This document shows positions 10,324-19,497 of a DNA stretch of 64,000 nucleotides, piece by piece. Under the pieces are notes generated by a model, which was not told the DNA's origin, did no database searches, and saw only the letters and a list, made by a program, of their open reading frames with translations. Numbering within the stretch: the stretch's first letter is position 1; every line of letters starts with the position of its first letter. The position numbers were made by a program, and so were the translations under genes. Location of the stretch: the NCBI GenBank assembly GCA_030610945.1, contig JAUWQV010000002.1, forward strand, positions 28,633-92,632, in the 5' to 3' direction. The stretch is from Methanocellales archaeon. GTDB lineage: Archaea > Halobacteriota > UBA148 > JAUWXC01.

Positions 10324-11655
10324 TTATTTCAACCTCTTCACGATTTCTTCGACGCGCTCTACTGCATTGCCAAGATAGTTCTCTGGGTTCATCAATTGCT
10401 CTATCTCATCTGGCGCGAGATATTTGGTTATTCTCGCCTCCTTGCACAAGACGTCCTTCATGTGCTCGCCGGTTTCGCGCGCTTTCATGGCACACTCTCT
10501 TACGATTTCATGCGCATTCTGGCGGCCTACACCTTTCCTTGCAAGCCCTATCATCACCGCTTCTGCCATGTTCAGCCCCTTCATCATCACGAGATTTCTC
10601 TTGATGTTCTCATGATTGAATCTCAGGTTTTCGAGAGCGTCTGCCGTTAGTTTGAGGATATGGTCAGTGAGAATCGTTGATTCTGGAAGGATGATTCGCT
10701 CACAGGATGAATTTGTAAGGTCGCGTTCATCCCAGAGCGTGTTGTTCAACAGGGCAGGCTCGACGTGCCCCCTTATCACCCTCGCAAGGCCGCATACCTG
10801 CTCTGATTTAATAGGATTGCGCTTGTGTGGCATCGTGGACGAGCCGACCTGCCCTCTGCCAAATTCTTCTTCAACTTCAGCGATCTCGCTGCGCTGCAGG
10901 ATTCTTACTTCAGTGCATATCTTGTCAAGCGTAGTGGCGACGTTTGCCAGGAATGACACATATTCTGCATGTCTATCGCGCTGTATGACCTGGTTTGACG
11001 CGTCAACGGCACCCAATCCAAGATATTTCATCGTCCTTTTTTCAACCTCTCTTGCAGATGAGCCAAAAGCAGCTCCAGTGCCTACAGCACCGCTCATCTG
11101 GCCCACGAGAATGCGGGGCTTCAACTCTTCCAAGCGCTGAATATGCCTCTCAACCTCGCATGCCCAAATAGCGAATCTGAGTCCGTATGTGGTTGGGATG
11201 CCGATTTGCCCATGCGTCCTGCCTGCACAGACCGTGCACTTGTGCTTTTTGGCATGGTCAAGTAACACATTCCTCAGCGTCTTCAATTTTTCTTCCAAGA
11301 GCGCTGTAGCATCTCTGAATTGAAGCGCAAGCCCTGTGTCTGTTATATCATTAGAAGTAGCACCAAAGTGAACCCACTTGCCATCATCGCCGCACACCTC
11401 TGTAAGTGCCAAAACCATGGCCATTACATCGTGCCTAATTTTATCCTCGATATCCTTGACCCGTTCAACCTTGACTTTGTTTACGCTGGCGCTAATCGTT
11501 TTTGCGGATTTCTTGGGAATTAATCCAATATCTGCCTCTGCTTTTGCCAGCGCAGCCTCAACCTCTAAAAATTTGCGAAGCCTGGCATTCTCGGTCCAAA
11601 TCTCTTTCATCTCTGGTGTGCCGTATCGGTATTCAATTGGGTGAATTGCCATCAT
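10324..11655 (-). CDS. purB: Adenylosuccinate lyase
   Basis: RHDVMA, HFGATSND, GRTHGQ, GSSTMPHKRNP. Confidence 0.97.
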   Translation of the reverse strand: MMAIHPIEYRYGTPEMKEIWTENARLRKFLEVEAALAKAEADIGLIPKKSAKTISASVNKVKVERVKDIEDKIRHDVMAMVLALTEVCGDDGKWVHFGATSNDITDTGLALQFRDATALLEEKLKTLRNVLLDHAKKHKCTVCAGRTHGQIGIPTTYGLRFAIWACEVERHIQRLEELKPRILVGQMSGAVGTGAAFGSSAREVEKRTMKYLGLGAVDASNQVIQRDRHAEYVSFLANVATTLDKICTEVRILQRSEIAEVEEEFGRGQVGSSTMPHKRNPIKSEQVCGLARVIRGHVEPALLNNTLWDERDLTNSSCERIILPESTILTDHILKLTADALENLRFNHENIKRNLVMMKGLNMAEAVMIGLARKGVGRQNAHEIVRECAMKARETGEHMKDVLCKEARITKYLAPDEIEQLMNPENYLGNAVERVEEIVKRLK

Positions 11656-11763
11656 ATCTCCTAAAAACGTTATTTCCTCTGATGATTAAAGTATTTATCT
11701 TAACCCCCCATCAACGTAGGCAAAACATTAAAACGGTTGCCAACCTCCTTTAGGTAGATTTAA

Positions 11764-12747
11764 ATGGATAAACTTGCGCTGATAACGAGGAACGTCGAAG
11801 AAGTTGTTACACTTGACGGGCTTCAAACATTGCTAGCCACCAAAAAACATCCACGAGCATACGTGGGTTATGAACCCTCTGGAAAAATCCATCTGGGGCA
11901 TGTCCTTACTGTGAACAAATTAATCGATTTGCAAAATGCTGGATTTGATATAACTGTGCTTCTGGCGGATTTGCATGCATATTTAAATGAAAAAGGGGAA
12001 CTCGAAGAAATTCGGGAAATGGCAAGAGAAAATAGAAGGGCATTTGTGGCTCTGGGACTCGATCCAGATAAGACGACATTCGTGCTTGGCGGCTCAGACG
12101 AATGTGGTTTTTCAGATAAAGACGGTTTTCAAATGACCCCTAAATATCAAATGCGGTGGCAAAAGTTGATGCAGCGCATTCCTGAAAAAAGAGCTATAAG
12201 GAGCATGATGCTCCTGGCCAGGGATCCTGATAATATGAAAGCTTCTCATATAATATATCCTATCCTGCAGGTTGCAGATATGATCGAGCTTGGTATAGAC
12301 GTTGCAGTAGGTGGCATGGACCAGCGCAAGATTCACATGCTCGCACGAGATGTTTTGCCAAAGATAGGTTTAGAAGCGCCCATTTGCATACATACACCCA
12401 TTTTAGTGGGATTGGATGGGGCAAAAATGTCCTCATCAAAGGGCAATTACATATCTGTTGACGATTCGCCAGAAGATATCCACCGAAAAATCATCAACGC
12501 TTTCTGCTTCCCAAAGGTGGTAAAAGATAATCCTGTGTTGGAGCTGTTCAAGTATCACATCTTCCCCAGATTCTCCGAGGCGGTCATCAAGCGCTCACCC
12601 AAATTTGGCGGCGACCTGCATTACACACGATATAATGATCTGGAGGGGGAGTATATATCTGGGGCAGTACATCCACTAGATGTTAAGAATTGCGCTGTTG
12701 AATATATGAATAAAATTTTGGAGCCGGTGAGGAAGGTGTTAGCCTGA
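11764..12747 (+). CDS. tyrS: Tyrosyl-tRNA synthetase
   Basis: [34 protein letters not shown]. Confidence 0.96.
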   Translation: MDKLALITRNVEEVVTLDGLQTLLATKKHPRAYVGYEPSGKIHLGHVLTVNKLIDLQNAGFDITVLLADLHAYLNEKGELEEIREMARENRRAFVALGLDPDKTTFVLGGSDECGFSDKDGFQMTPKYQMRWQKLMQRIPEKRAIRSMMLLARDPDNMKASHIIYPILQVADMIELGIDVAVGGMDQRKIHMLARDVLPKIGLEAPICIHTPILVGLDGAKMSSSKGNYISVDDSPEDIHRKIINAFCFPKVVKDNPVLELFKYHIFPRFSEAVIKRSPKFGGDLHYTRYNDLEGEYISGAVHPLDVKNCAVEYMNKILEPVRKVLA

Positions 12748-13046
12748 ATAGGAAGCATGCGAATGGGAACGAAGAGGTAGTGCGCGTCAGAGTTCCGCGA
12801 GAGCGAGACAGGGAAGTACTGGGAATTGTAGAGAGGCTGCTTGGCGCCAATAGGCTAAGAGTACGATGCATGGATGGAAAAGTCAGGCTTGCACGAATAC
12901 CAGGCAAGATGAAAAAACGAATTTGGATACGCGAAGGCGACGTTGTAATCGTCGTGCCCTGGAGCTTTCAGGATGAGAAGGCAGATGTGGTCTGGAGATA
13001 TACATTCCCGCAAGTGGGCTGGTTGCAGCGTAAAGGCTTTTTGTAG
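12744..13046 (+). CDS. eif1A: Translation initiation factor aIF-1A (start uncertain: CTG 12744 or GTG 12780)
   Basis: [43 protein letters not shown]; start of the aIF1A-rio1-KH cluster. Confidence 0.95.
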   Translation: MNRKHANGNEEVVRVRVPRERDREVLGIVERLLGANRLRVRCMDGKVRLARIPGKMKKRIWIREGDVVIVVPWSFQDEKADVVWRYTFPQVGWLQRKGFL

Positions 13047-13052
13047 GGCATA

Positions 13053-13823
13053 ATGAAGGAAGAAGAGCGCATCGATAGGGAACTTGGGCGGTTACGTAAA
13101 AGGCTGAAGGACTCAGAGGACCTAAAAATCTGGGGCAGGGTGCTTGATGTTCCAACGCTTAAGGCGCTTTACCATCTTTCTAACAAGAAGGTCATTCTTG
13201 CCATGGGCGGCGTGGTGAGTACGGGAAAGGAGGCGCATGTTTTTCATGCTCTTGGCTCCGAGGGCGAGGTGGCCGTGAAGATATATCGAATCGCTACTAG
13301 TGACTTCAATACAATGCAGGATTATATAATCGGAGACCCACGGTTTAAAGGCATCCCAAAAAATAAAAAAGATGTAGTGCTTGTATGGGCTAAAAAGGAG
13401 CTGCGGAATTTAGCGGTGGCGCATGAAGCGGGCGTAAGAGTTCCAGTGCCAATTGCCGTGAGGCGTAACATCTTGGTGATGGAGTTCATTGGAAAAGATG
13501 GCGTTAGGGCACCATTGCTGCAGGAGATTGCACACGAGATTGATGCCCAGAAAGAGTTCAAGGCAGTAGTGGATAATATAAAACTTCTTTATAATAAGGC
13601 AAAACTGGTTCATGCTGACCTGAGCGAGTACAACATCCTATATCATAATGGCCCCATGTTTATCGATATGGGACAGGCTGTTAGCAGAGAGCACCCTAAT
13701 GCTGAAGCGTTCTTTCACAGGGATGTAAAAAATGTCGTCAGGTTTTTCAAAAAACTGGGCGTGGAATGTTCGGAAGAAGGGGTAATTACAAGAATCAAGG
13801 GTGGTCAAAATGATTCACATTAA
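13053..13823 (+). CDS. rio1: Rio1 family Ser/Thr kinase
   Basis: STGKEAHVF, AVKIYR, LVHADLSEYNIL, IDMGQ. Confidence 0.96.
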   Translation: MKEEERIDRELGRLRKRLKDSEDLKIWGRVLDVPTLKALYHLSNKKVILAMGGVVSTGKEAHVFHALGSEGEVAVKIYRIATSDFNTMQDYIIGDPRFKGIPKNKKDVVLVWAKKELRNLAVAHEAGVRVPVPIAVRRNILVMEFIGKDGVRAPLLQEIAHEIDAQKEFKAVVDNIKLLYNKAKLVHADLSEYNILYHNGPMFIDMGQAVSREHPNAEAFFHRDVKNVVRFFKKLGVECSEEGVITRIKGGQNDSH

Positions 13824-14337
13824 GATTCCCAGCGAGAGAGTTGCCGTGTTGATTGGCGTTGATGGGAGCACTAAAAGGCAGATAGAGAAACGGTCTGGCG
13901 CCACGCTTAGGATTGACAGTGCAAGCGGAAGCGTTACAATTGACTCTCCAAATTCCCTGAATGTAATGAGGGCGGGCGATGTGGTCAAAGCCATTGGCAG
14001 AGGGTTTAGCCCGGAACATGCATTACGATTGTTCGATGATGAGGCGCTTGTGCTTGATTTAATCGATTTATCCGACATGACGCAGAAGGATGTGAAGAGG
14101 GTTAAGGGGAGAATCATCGGAAAGAACGGCAGGACACGGGAGTTAATCGAGAGCTTGCTTGACGTGAAAGTATCCATTTATGAAAAAACAGTCGGCATAA
14201 TAGGCGATATCACTTGTGTGCAAGTGGCGCGAAAGGCGATTGAAATGCTAATCGAGGGCACCCCTCACGGCACCGTGTACTCATATCTTGAAAAGAAAAG
14301 GCGGGAATGGAAAGGTCTGCGGGGATTTGGGTTATAA
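13810..14337 (+). CDS. KH-domain RNA-processing protein (Dim2/Pno1-like)
   Basis: VLIGVDG and RIIGKNG KH loops; AIGRGFSPE; HGTVYSYLE. Confidence 0.92.
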   Translation: MIHIKIPSERVAVLIGVDGSTKRQIEKRSGATLRIDSASGSVTIDSPNSLNVMRAGDVVKAIGRGFSPEHALRLFDDEALVLDLIDLSDMTQKDVKRVKGRIIGKNGRTRELIESLLDVKVSIYEKTVGIIGDITCVQVARKAIEMLIEGTPHGTVYSYLEKKRREWKGLRGFGL

Positions 14338-14384
14338 CACAATCGTTAAGTAATAGAGTGGGTGAATAATGCAATGGTGGTCTC

Positions 14385-15071
14385 ATGAGGGGTATTATAA
14401 ATGAGCCGAATCTGAAGGTACTTGCGCTATTTGGGTTTATTTTGCCGCCACTCCTTTATCTATGTTATACAGGGGAAATTGGGTCCGCGCTGGGTCTTGA
14501 TTCGTATTTATTATTCGTACTGCTTGTCGCAATGCTGGTGTTCAGCGTTTTGGAGATTCCTGTGTTTAGGCTGAAAACGAGAAAGCCAAATTATACAGGT
14601 GGCGAGGCAAGGTTGCTTGGCGAACTGTATTCCGTGCCAGTAGAGGAGGAACTGAGCGCCGGCAGCCCATCTGTATATGACACCAAGATTACGCTTAACA
14701 TCGGCGGCTTTGTTCTTCCCCTGTTGCTGGCGTTTTATGTTGTGTCTCTCGCGCCTTTCCTTGAGACGCTGTCGGTTGCGTTAATTATGATACTATCCAC
14801 GCATTTTCTATCTAGATTAGAGGCAGGGGTGGGCATCATCGTGCCGAGTTATGTCGCACTCATTTCCATTCCCTTTGCGCTCATACTGGCGCCAGGAAGT
14901 ATAGCAACTATAATCCTCGTTGGTGGCGTTTTGGGCATTTTGATCGGAATGATGACGCTGCTTTATCCAATAGAGGAAGGCAGCGCTTTTCTCAATCTTG
15001 GCGGAGTGGGCAGTTTTGAAGCAATATATATCACGGTATTGCTAGCCGTGATACTATCATTTTTTGTTTAA
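14385..15071 (+). CDS. Membrane protein, probably DUF1614 family
   Basis: TLNIGGFVLPL and LNLGGVGSFEAIY motifs; multiple TM segments. Confidence 0.7.
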   Translation: MRGIINEPNLKVLALFGFILPPLLYLCYTGEIGSALGLDSYLLFVLLVAMLVFSVLEIPVFRLKTRKPNYTGGEARLLGELYSVPVEEELSAGSPSVYDTKITLNIGGFVLPLLLAFYVVSLAPFLETLSVALIMILSTHFLSRLEAGVGIIVPSYVALISIPFALILAPGSIATIILVGGVLGILIGMMTLLYPIEEGSAFLNLGGVGSFEAIYITVLLAVILSFFV

Positions 15072-15086
15072 GCTCTAAAAATTACG

Positions 15087-15800
15087 TTAACGATACAATA
15101 ACTTCACGATTTCCAGGACCTCGTTCATGCTGGTTATGGTGAAGTGTGGCTTGATGCCATCTGCTGGATGCTTGCCATCTTTATTATACCATACCGAGCG
15201 AATTCCCGCTTTATTCGCTCCATTTACATCGACTCTAAGATTGTCGCCTATAAACAATGCCTCCGTTGGGTTGGTTTCCAGCCCATTAAGCGCAGCCTGG
15301 AATATTTTTGCATCGGGTTTGTACGCCCTGACGTTTTCAGAGATGGTCGTCGCGTCGAAAAGTCCTGCCAAGTCCCCTAAATGATGCGATAATTCATCAT
15401 TGTCGCCATTGGAAATCAGGCCGATTTTCACACCTTCTTTGCGTTTTAGCGTCTCAATTACCTCCCTGGTAGATGGCAATATCGTGCATCGCTGGTCCAG
15501 GAGGGTTTTGCACATTTTGTTAAGTTCATCCAGTTGCTTATCGCTTACCGAGACGCCGTACCTGAGAAGTGCGTTTTCCAAACTAACCCTATACGTCGTT
15601 CTGATGTTCATAAACGGGCGCTGCCCTTCAATGATCTTAAAGATGATAGCGTTAAACTCATCATTCCACGCCTCCCAGAAGTGGTGTTGGTTTATGCCGC
15701 ACCCTACTCCATCCAATACCTGCGCTGAAAGGTCATGGTAGTAATTCTCTAACTCAAGCAGTGTTCCATATGCGTCAAAGAAGACCGTTTTTAGGCTCAT
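15087..15800 (-). CDS. HAD-superfamily hydrolase
   Basis: FDAYGTL, ISNGD, KPD, IGDNLRVDVNGA. Confidence 0.92.
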   Translation of the reverse strand: MSLKTVFFDAYGTLLELENYYHDLSAQVLDGVGCGINQHHFWEAWNDEFNAIIFKIIEGQRPFMNIRTTYRVSLENALLRYGVSVSDKQLDELNKMCKTLLDQRCTILPSTREVIETLKRKEGVKIGLISNGDNDELSHHLGDLAGLFDATTISENVRAYKPDAKIFQAALNGLETNPTEALFIGDNLRVDVNGANKAGIRSVWYNKDGKHPADGIKPHFTITSMNEVLEIVKLLYR

Positions 15801-15840
15801 CAGGGTGCATTCATCTTTGGTAATAATTAAGCTTTTCGTT

Positions 15841-17019
15841 CTATTCCCTTCGCCTAATTAGATATGCGACTACCAATAGTCCGGTAATTGCGAATACAGC
15901 CTCAAACCCAGGAAGACCTGGTTTCTGCTCTGTTACGGTAAATGTTCCAGTTTGATCGTTGACATCCACACTATATGTTCCTACCTCATCTTTGATTATC
16001 ACAAACGACACCGTTTCTGTTGCTTCTGGTGCTACTGTGACGGCTATAGTTTCAACTTCAGCACCATTGATATTCAGAATTACTGTGTATACATCTTTGG
16101 TTTCACCGGTGTTCATGACGTCGACCGCGATCTTGACAGGTTTGCCTGTCTCAACTTCAACAGGACTGATCACAAGATTCCTGACTGTGAACGCCGCACT
16201 TTTCAGCACTCTGAACGTTTCTACCTGGTCACCAACTGCCACATTGTATATCCCTACTGCATCTTTGGTTACTGGACTGAATGTCACTGTTTCTGTCGCT
16301 CCCGGTGCTACCGTGACATCCTTGGCCTCTACCTCTCCCTCATCGATTCTCAGTATTGCTTTGTACGTATCCTCAAGGTAACCTGTATTCGTGACATCAA
16401 CTGCAATTGTGACGGGCTTGCCTATCGCAACTTTGGCTGGATTAATCACGAGATTGCTGATTGCAAAAGGCATGGGTAGTATAAACCTTTCGAGTTTTTC
16501 ATCCACAATCTCTGTTAACGTTCTAGGTTCTGTGTTGCCATAGACCAACACCACAAAATTATCGTTTCTGAAAATCACTCCCCCTTCCTGAACTCCCTGC
16601 GGAGGGATAACGATGCATTCATCCCCAAATTCATAAGTTAACTCATAAGTTAGATCGCTGCCAACATCGGTTCTCATAAGCGAGAAAAACGCTCTAGCGT
16701 CTGTGACAGAGGAGAATTCAAAAATAATATAGTGATTAGTAGTAGGAATTATTTCAACTTCTTCTATATAAACAGGTCTCATTCCATACTCTTCTTGGAA
16801 ATTATCCAACCCGTCCTGGGTGTACATCTCTGCCTTTCTTATAGTCCATCCATAAGGAAGCTCTTGTGCAGTGGGACCATATTTTGGTGTATCGATTGGC
16901 ATCGTCGTAGGTGGTAGAGGTTGTGGAGTAGGAGCCGGCACTACTTCCACAGCACCTACCATCATCGGCATCACTAACAGTGTCACTAGAATCAAAATGA
17001 TGCCAATCTTAAATTTCAT
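15841..17019 (-). CDS. Secreted surface protein with two CARDB/Ig-like repeats and a PGF-CTERM sorting signal
   Basis: N-terminal signal peptide, Pro/Thr linker, duplicated ~92-aa repeat (NLVINP...VDVTNTG / NLVISP...VDVMNTG), C-terminal PGFEAVFAITGLLVVAYLIRRRE. Confidence 0.88.
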   Translation of the reverse strand: MKFKIGIILILVTLLVMPMMVGAVEVVPAPTPQPLPPTTMPIDTPKYGPTAQELPYGWTIRKAEMYTQDGLDNFQEEYGMRPVYIEEVEIIPTTNHYIIFEFSSVTDARAFFSLMRTDVGSDLTYELTYEFGDECIVIPPQGVQEGGVIFRNDNFVVLVYGNTEPRTLTEIVDEKLERFILPMPFAISNLVINPAKVAIGKPVTIAVDVTNTGYLEDTYKAILRIDEGEVEAKDVTVAPGATETVTFSPVTKDAVGIYNVAVGDQVETFRVLKSAAFTVRNLVISPVEVETGKPVKIAVDVMNTGETKDVYTVILNINGAEVETIAVTVAPEATETVSFVIIKDEVGTYSVDVNDQTGTFTVTEQKPGLPGFEAVFAITGLLVVAYLIRRRE

Positions 17020-17136
17020 GTTATTCGCATCCTTTGTGGAGACCTATGTTATTTATTACGTTTTTACTTTAGATATATAGTTATACACTAGCAGTGCACA
17101 ATAATCAAAGAAACCTTTTATTACATCGTCTCCTAA

Positions 17137-17979
17137 TTGAAAGCTGTGAGCGATGTGATTGTCGAAAATCAAGTTATAAAAGCCGTCATTCAGGTGCTCA
17201 GACAGGCAGAGACAGAGCTACCGGGTGATGTCCTTTCTGCACTGAAATCTGTAAGGGACAGAGAAAGCAATCCTATCGCGAGGACGCAGCTGAGCGCCAT
17301 CATAAAAAATGCGGATTTTGCAAAAGAGAATGTCATTCCCATGTGCCAGGATACCGGCGTTCCCGTTTTTTTTGTTGACGTTGGACGCGAGGCAATGATA
17401 AACTTCGACCTGGAGGAAGCAATCAGGAAGGGCGTAGCCAGGGCAACAGAGGAAATACCGCTCAGGCCAAACGCCGTGCATCCCCTCACAAGGGAGAACT
17501 CTGGCAATGTTGGCGTGGGCTTCCCGGATGTGAACTTTGATTTTGTTCCTGGGAAGAACATCAAAATTACCGTGATGCCGAAAGGGGGCGGCGCGGAAAA
17601 TATGTCTGTGCTGCGGATGTTTACGCCGTCAGAAGTGGACGATGTAAAGCACTTCATCATCGAGACCGTAAAAAATGCGGGTGGCAAACCATGTCCGCCA
17701 ATCATCGTGGGCGTAGGAATCGGTGGCACGTTTGACAAGTCTGCAAGACTTGCCAAGAAAGCTGCGCTGAGGCGATTGGATGTGCCATCAGACGACCTCG
17801 AGCAGGAGTTATTGGAGGAGATTAACTCGCTCGGCATAGGCCCAATGGGCCTTGGAGGAGACACTACTGCGTTGAAGGTGAATATAGAATACGCGCACTG
17901 CCATGTCGCATCATTGCCAGTAGCGATAAACATCCAGTGCTGGGCTGCCAGGAGAGCGTCAGTCACGCTGGAGGGATGA
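17137..17979 (+). CDS. Fe-S hydro-lyase (fumarate hydratase class I) alpha subunit
   Basis: PMCQDTG, KGGGAEN, KPCPP, HVASLPVAINIQCWA. Confidence 0.93.
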   Translation: MKAVSDVIVENQVIKAVIQVLRQAETELPGDVLSALKSVRDRESNPIARTQLSAIIKNADFAKENVIPMCQDTGVPVFFVDVGREAMINFDLEEAIRKGVARATEEIPLRPNAVHPLTRENSGNVGVGFPDVNFDFVPGKNIKITVMPKGGGAENMSVLRMFTPSEVDDVKHFIIETVKNAGGKPCPPIIVGVGIGGTFDKSARLAKKAALRRLDVPSDDLEQELLEEINSLGIGPMGLGGDTTALKVNIEYAHCHVASLPVAINIQCWAARRASVTLEG

Positions 17980-17980
17980 G

Positions 17981-18538
17981 ATGGAGCATACGCTGAGAAC
18001 GCCGCTGAGTAAGGCCGACATAATAAAGCCAAGGGCAGGGGATATCGTGTACCTGGATGGTATCATCCTTACTGCCAGGGACACGGCACATGAACGATTA
18101 TTGTCTTCAGAGAAGATTCCATTTGATTTGAGCGGTGCAGCCATCTTTCACTGCGGACCGCTGATGAGGAAGAATAAGAAATGGACTCCGATTGCCGTAG
18201 GGCCAACGACCAGTGCCAGGATGAGCAAGATGACGCCGGAGTTATTGGAAAAATATGGCATCAGGGCCATCATCGGCAAAGGCGGGATGAATGGTGTTGT
18301 GGACGCGCTGTATGAAAAGTGCATCTATCTGGCATATCCCGGGGGGTGTGCTGCCATCGCAACCGACCAGATCAAACGTGTCAAGGAAGTTCACTGGCTC
18401 GATCTTGGAATGCCTGAGGCAGTATGGGTTTTTGAAGTAAAGCAGTTTGGGCCGCTCATCGTGGGAATTGATGCACATGGAAACGATTTATATGCAGAAG
18501 TTGAAAAGAGAGCGAACGAACAGATAAAATCGCTTTAA
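17981..18538 (+). CDS. Fe-S hydro-lyase (fumarate hydratase class I) beta subunit
   Basis: TARDTAH, GPTTSARM, IGKGGM, DLGMPEAVW. Confidence 0.93.
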   Translation: MEHTLRTPLSKADIIKPRAGDIVYLDGIILTARDTAHERLLSSEKIPFDLSGAAIFHCGPLMRKNKKWTPIAVGPTTSARMSKMTPELLEKYGIRAIIGKGGMNGVVDALYEKCIYLAYPGGCAAIATDQIKRVKEVHWLDLGMPEAVWVFEVKQFGPLIVGIDAHGNDLYAEVEKRANEQIKSL

Positions 18539-18632
18539 GCAATAAGCAGCGTGAAATTTCCGTATGGCATCACTATAACTTTGCCATCCTTTCGTTGATT
18601 GACGCCAACCTCACTTTTTCCATATCCCAGCG

Positions 18633-19148
18633 CTAGGCGACTCGTCTCTCCTCGGCGAGTTCGATCCTTTGACCCCTGACGGCTAACTTATTAGATCGCT
18701 TTGCCACTCCCTTAATAAATAAAGCCTCCCTGTTCAACACCCTGCACAATCCGGTCAACGAGGTGTTTCCACTCTTTACTTCATCCATAATCTTCTCAGT
18801 TGTTTCTTGAAGGCAGTCTTCGTGGGCGGCTGCTATCATAATTAAATCGCTCAAATCGTCTAACCCGCATTGAAAATTGACCTGCACTCTTGAGTAGGAG
18901 GCGTGAAACTCTTTATCAGGCGTCTTGCCAGGCTCTGGCATTCTCCACTGGCTTTCTAACAATCCGCATTTTTGGAGCGCTTCAATGCTCTTTCCAGCAT
19001 CGCTTCCGATTAATTTTTCAAGTTCTTGCTCTGTCGTCCAGTCAGTCGAAAGTTCGTGGAGCGCTTTTTTATATGTACCTGAGCTGAACATTCGCAACAG
19101 TGGAACCAAATCAGCAGGGTCATTTATAACTCGAGTTCGCTTTGGCAT
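18633..19148 (-). CDS. Archaeal winged-helix (ArsR-like) transcriptional regulator
   Basis: INDPADLVPLL and LLESQWRMPEPGKTPDKEF resemble a conserved methanogen wHTH family. Confidence 0.7.
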   Translation of the reverse strand: MPKRTRVINDPADLVPLLRMFSSGTYKKALHELSTDWTTEQELEKLIGSDAGKSIEALQKCGLLESQWRMPEPGKTPDKEFHASYSRVQVNFQCGLDDLSDLIMIAAAHEDCLQETTEKIMDEVKSGNTSLTGLCRVLNREALFIKGVAKRSNKLAVRGQRIELAEERRVA

Positions 19149-19200
19149 CTATATCCTCAAAAGGTATTTCTTTTCAAATCCAATAAAGCTTTGGAAGAGT

Positions 19201-19497
19201 ATGAAAAAAATGATGGTTGAATTAATCGATATGGATGGCATGTGCATTATAGGAATTAAACTTGAGTTAGTGCATGCACCCGTTCTTTTGCTGGTTGGCA
19301 AAAAGGATTCATAGGCTGTGGCTATTTTTCAGTGGAGACGGCAAACAAGCTGGGCGATGCTGTGGCAATCGTCTCTGGCGTGAGAACGTTCGAGGACATG
19401 CTGAACGCGCGCATCGTTTCTACATCCGAAAAAGCCCAAGGAGATGGGCATCACTGCTGGGATGAAGGGTAAAGATGCAGTTAAGCTCCTTGCGTGA
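19201..19497 (+). pseudogene. YunC/DUF1805-family gene with two frameshifts
   Basis: Joined frames read ...APVLLLVGK/GFIGCGYFSVETANKLGDAVAIVSGVRTFEDMLNARIVSTSEKA/KEMGITAGMKGKDAVKLLA; 1-nt loss in A-run 19300-19304 and 1-nt gain at CCC 19435-19437. Confidence 0.8.

Noticed and set aside
19312..19314. In-frame TAG as a pyrrolysine codon in the yunC-like gene
   Set aside because: Homology continues in a different frame before the TAG, so a frameshift explains it; TAG is an ordinary stop for several genes here.
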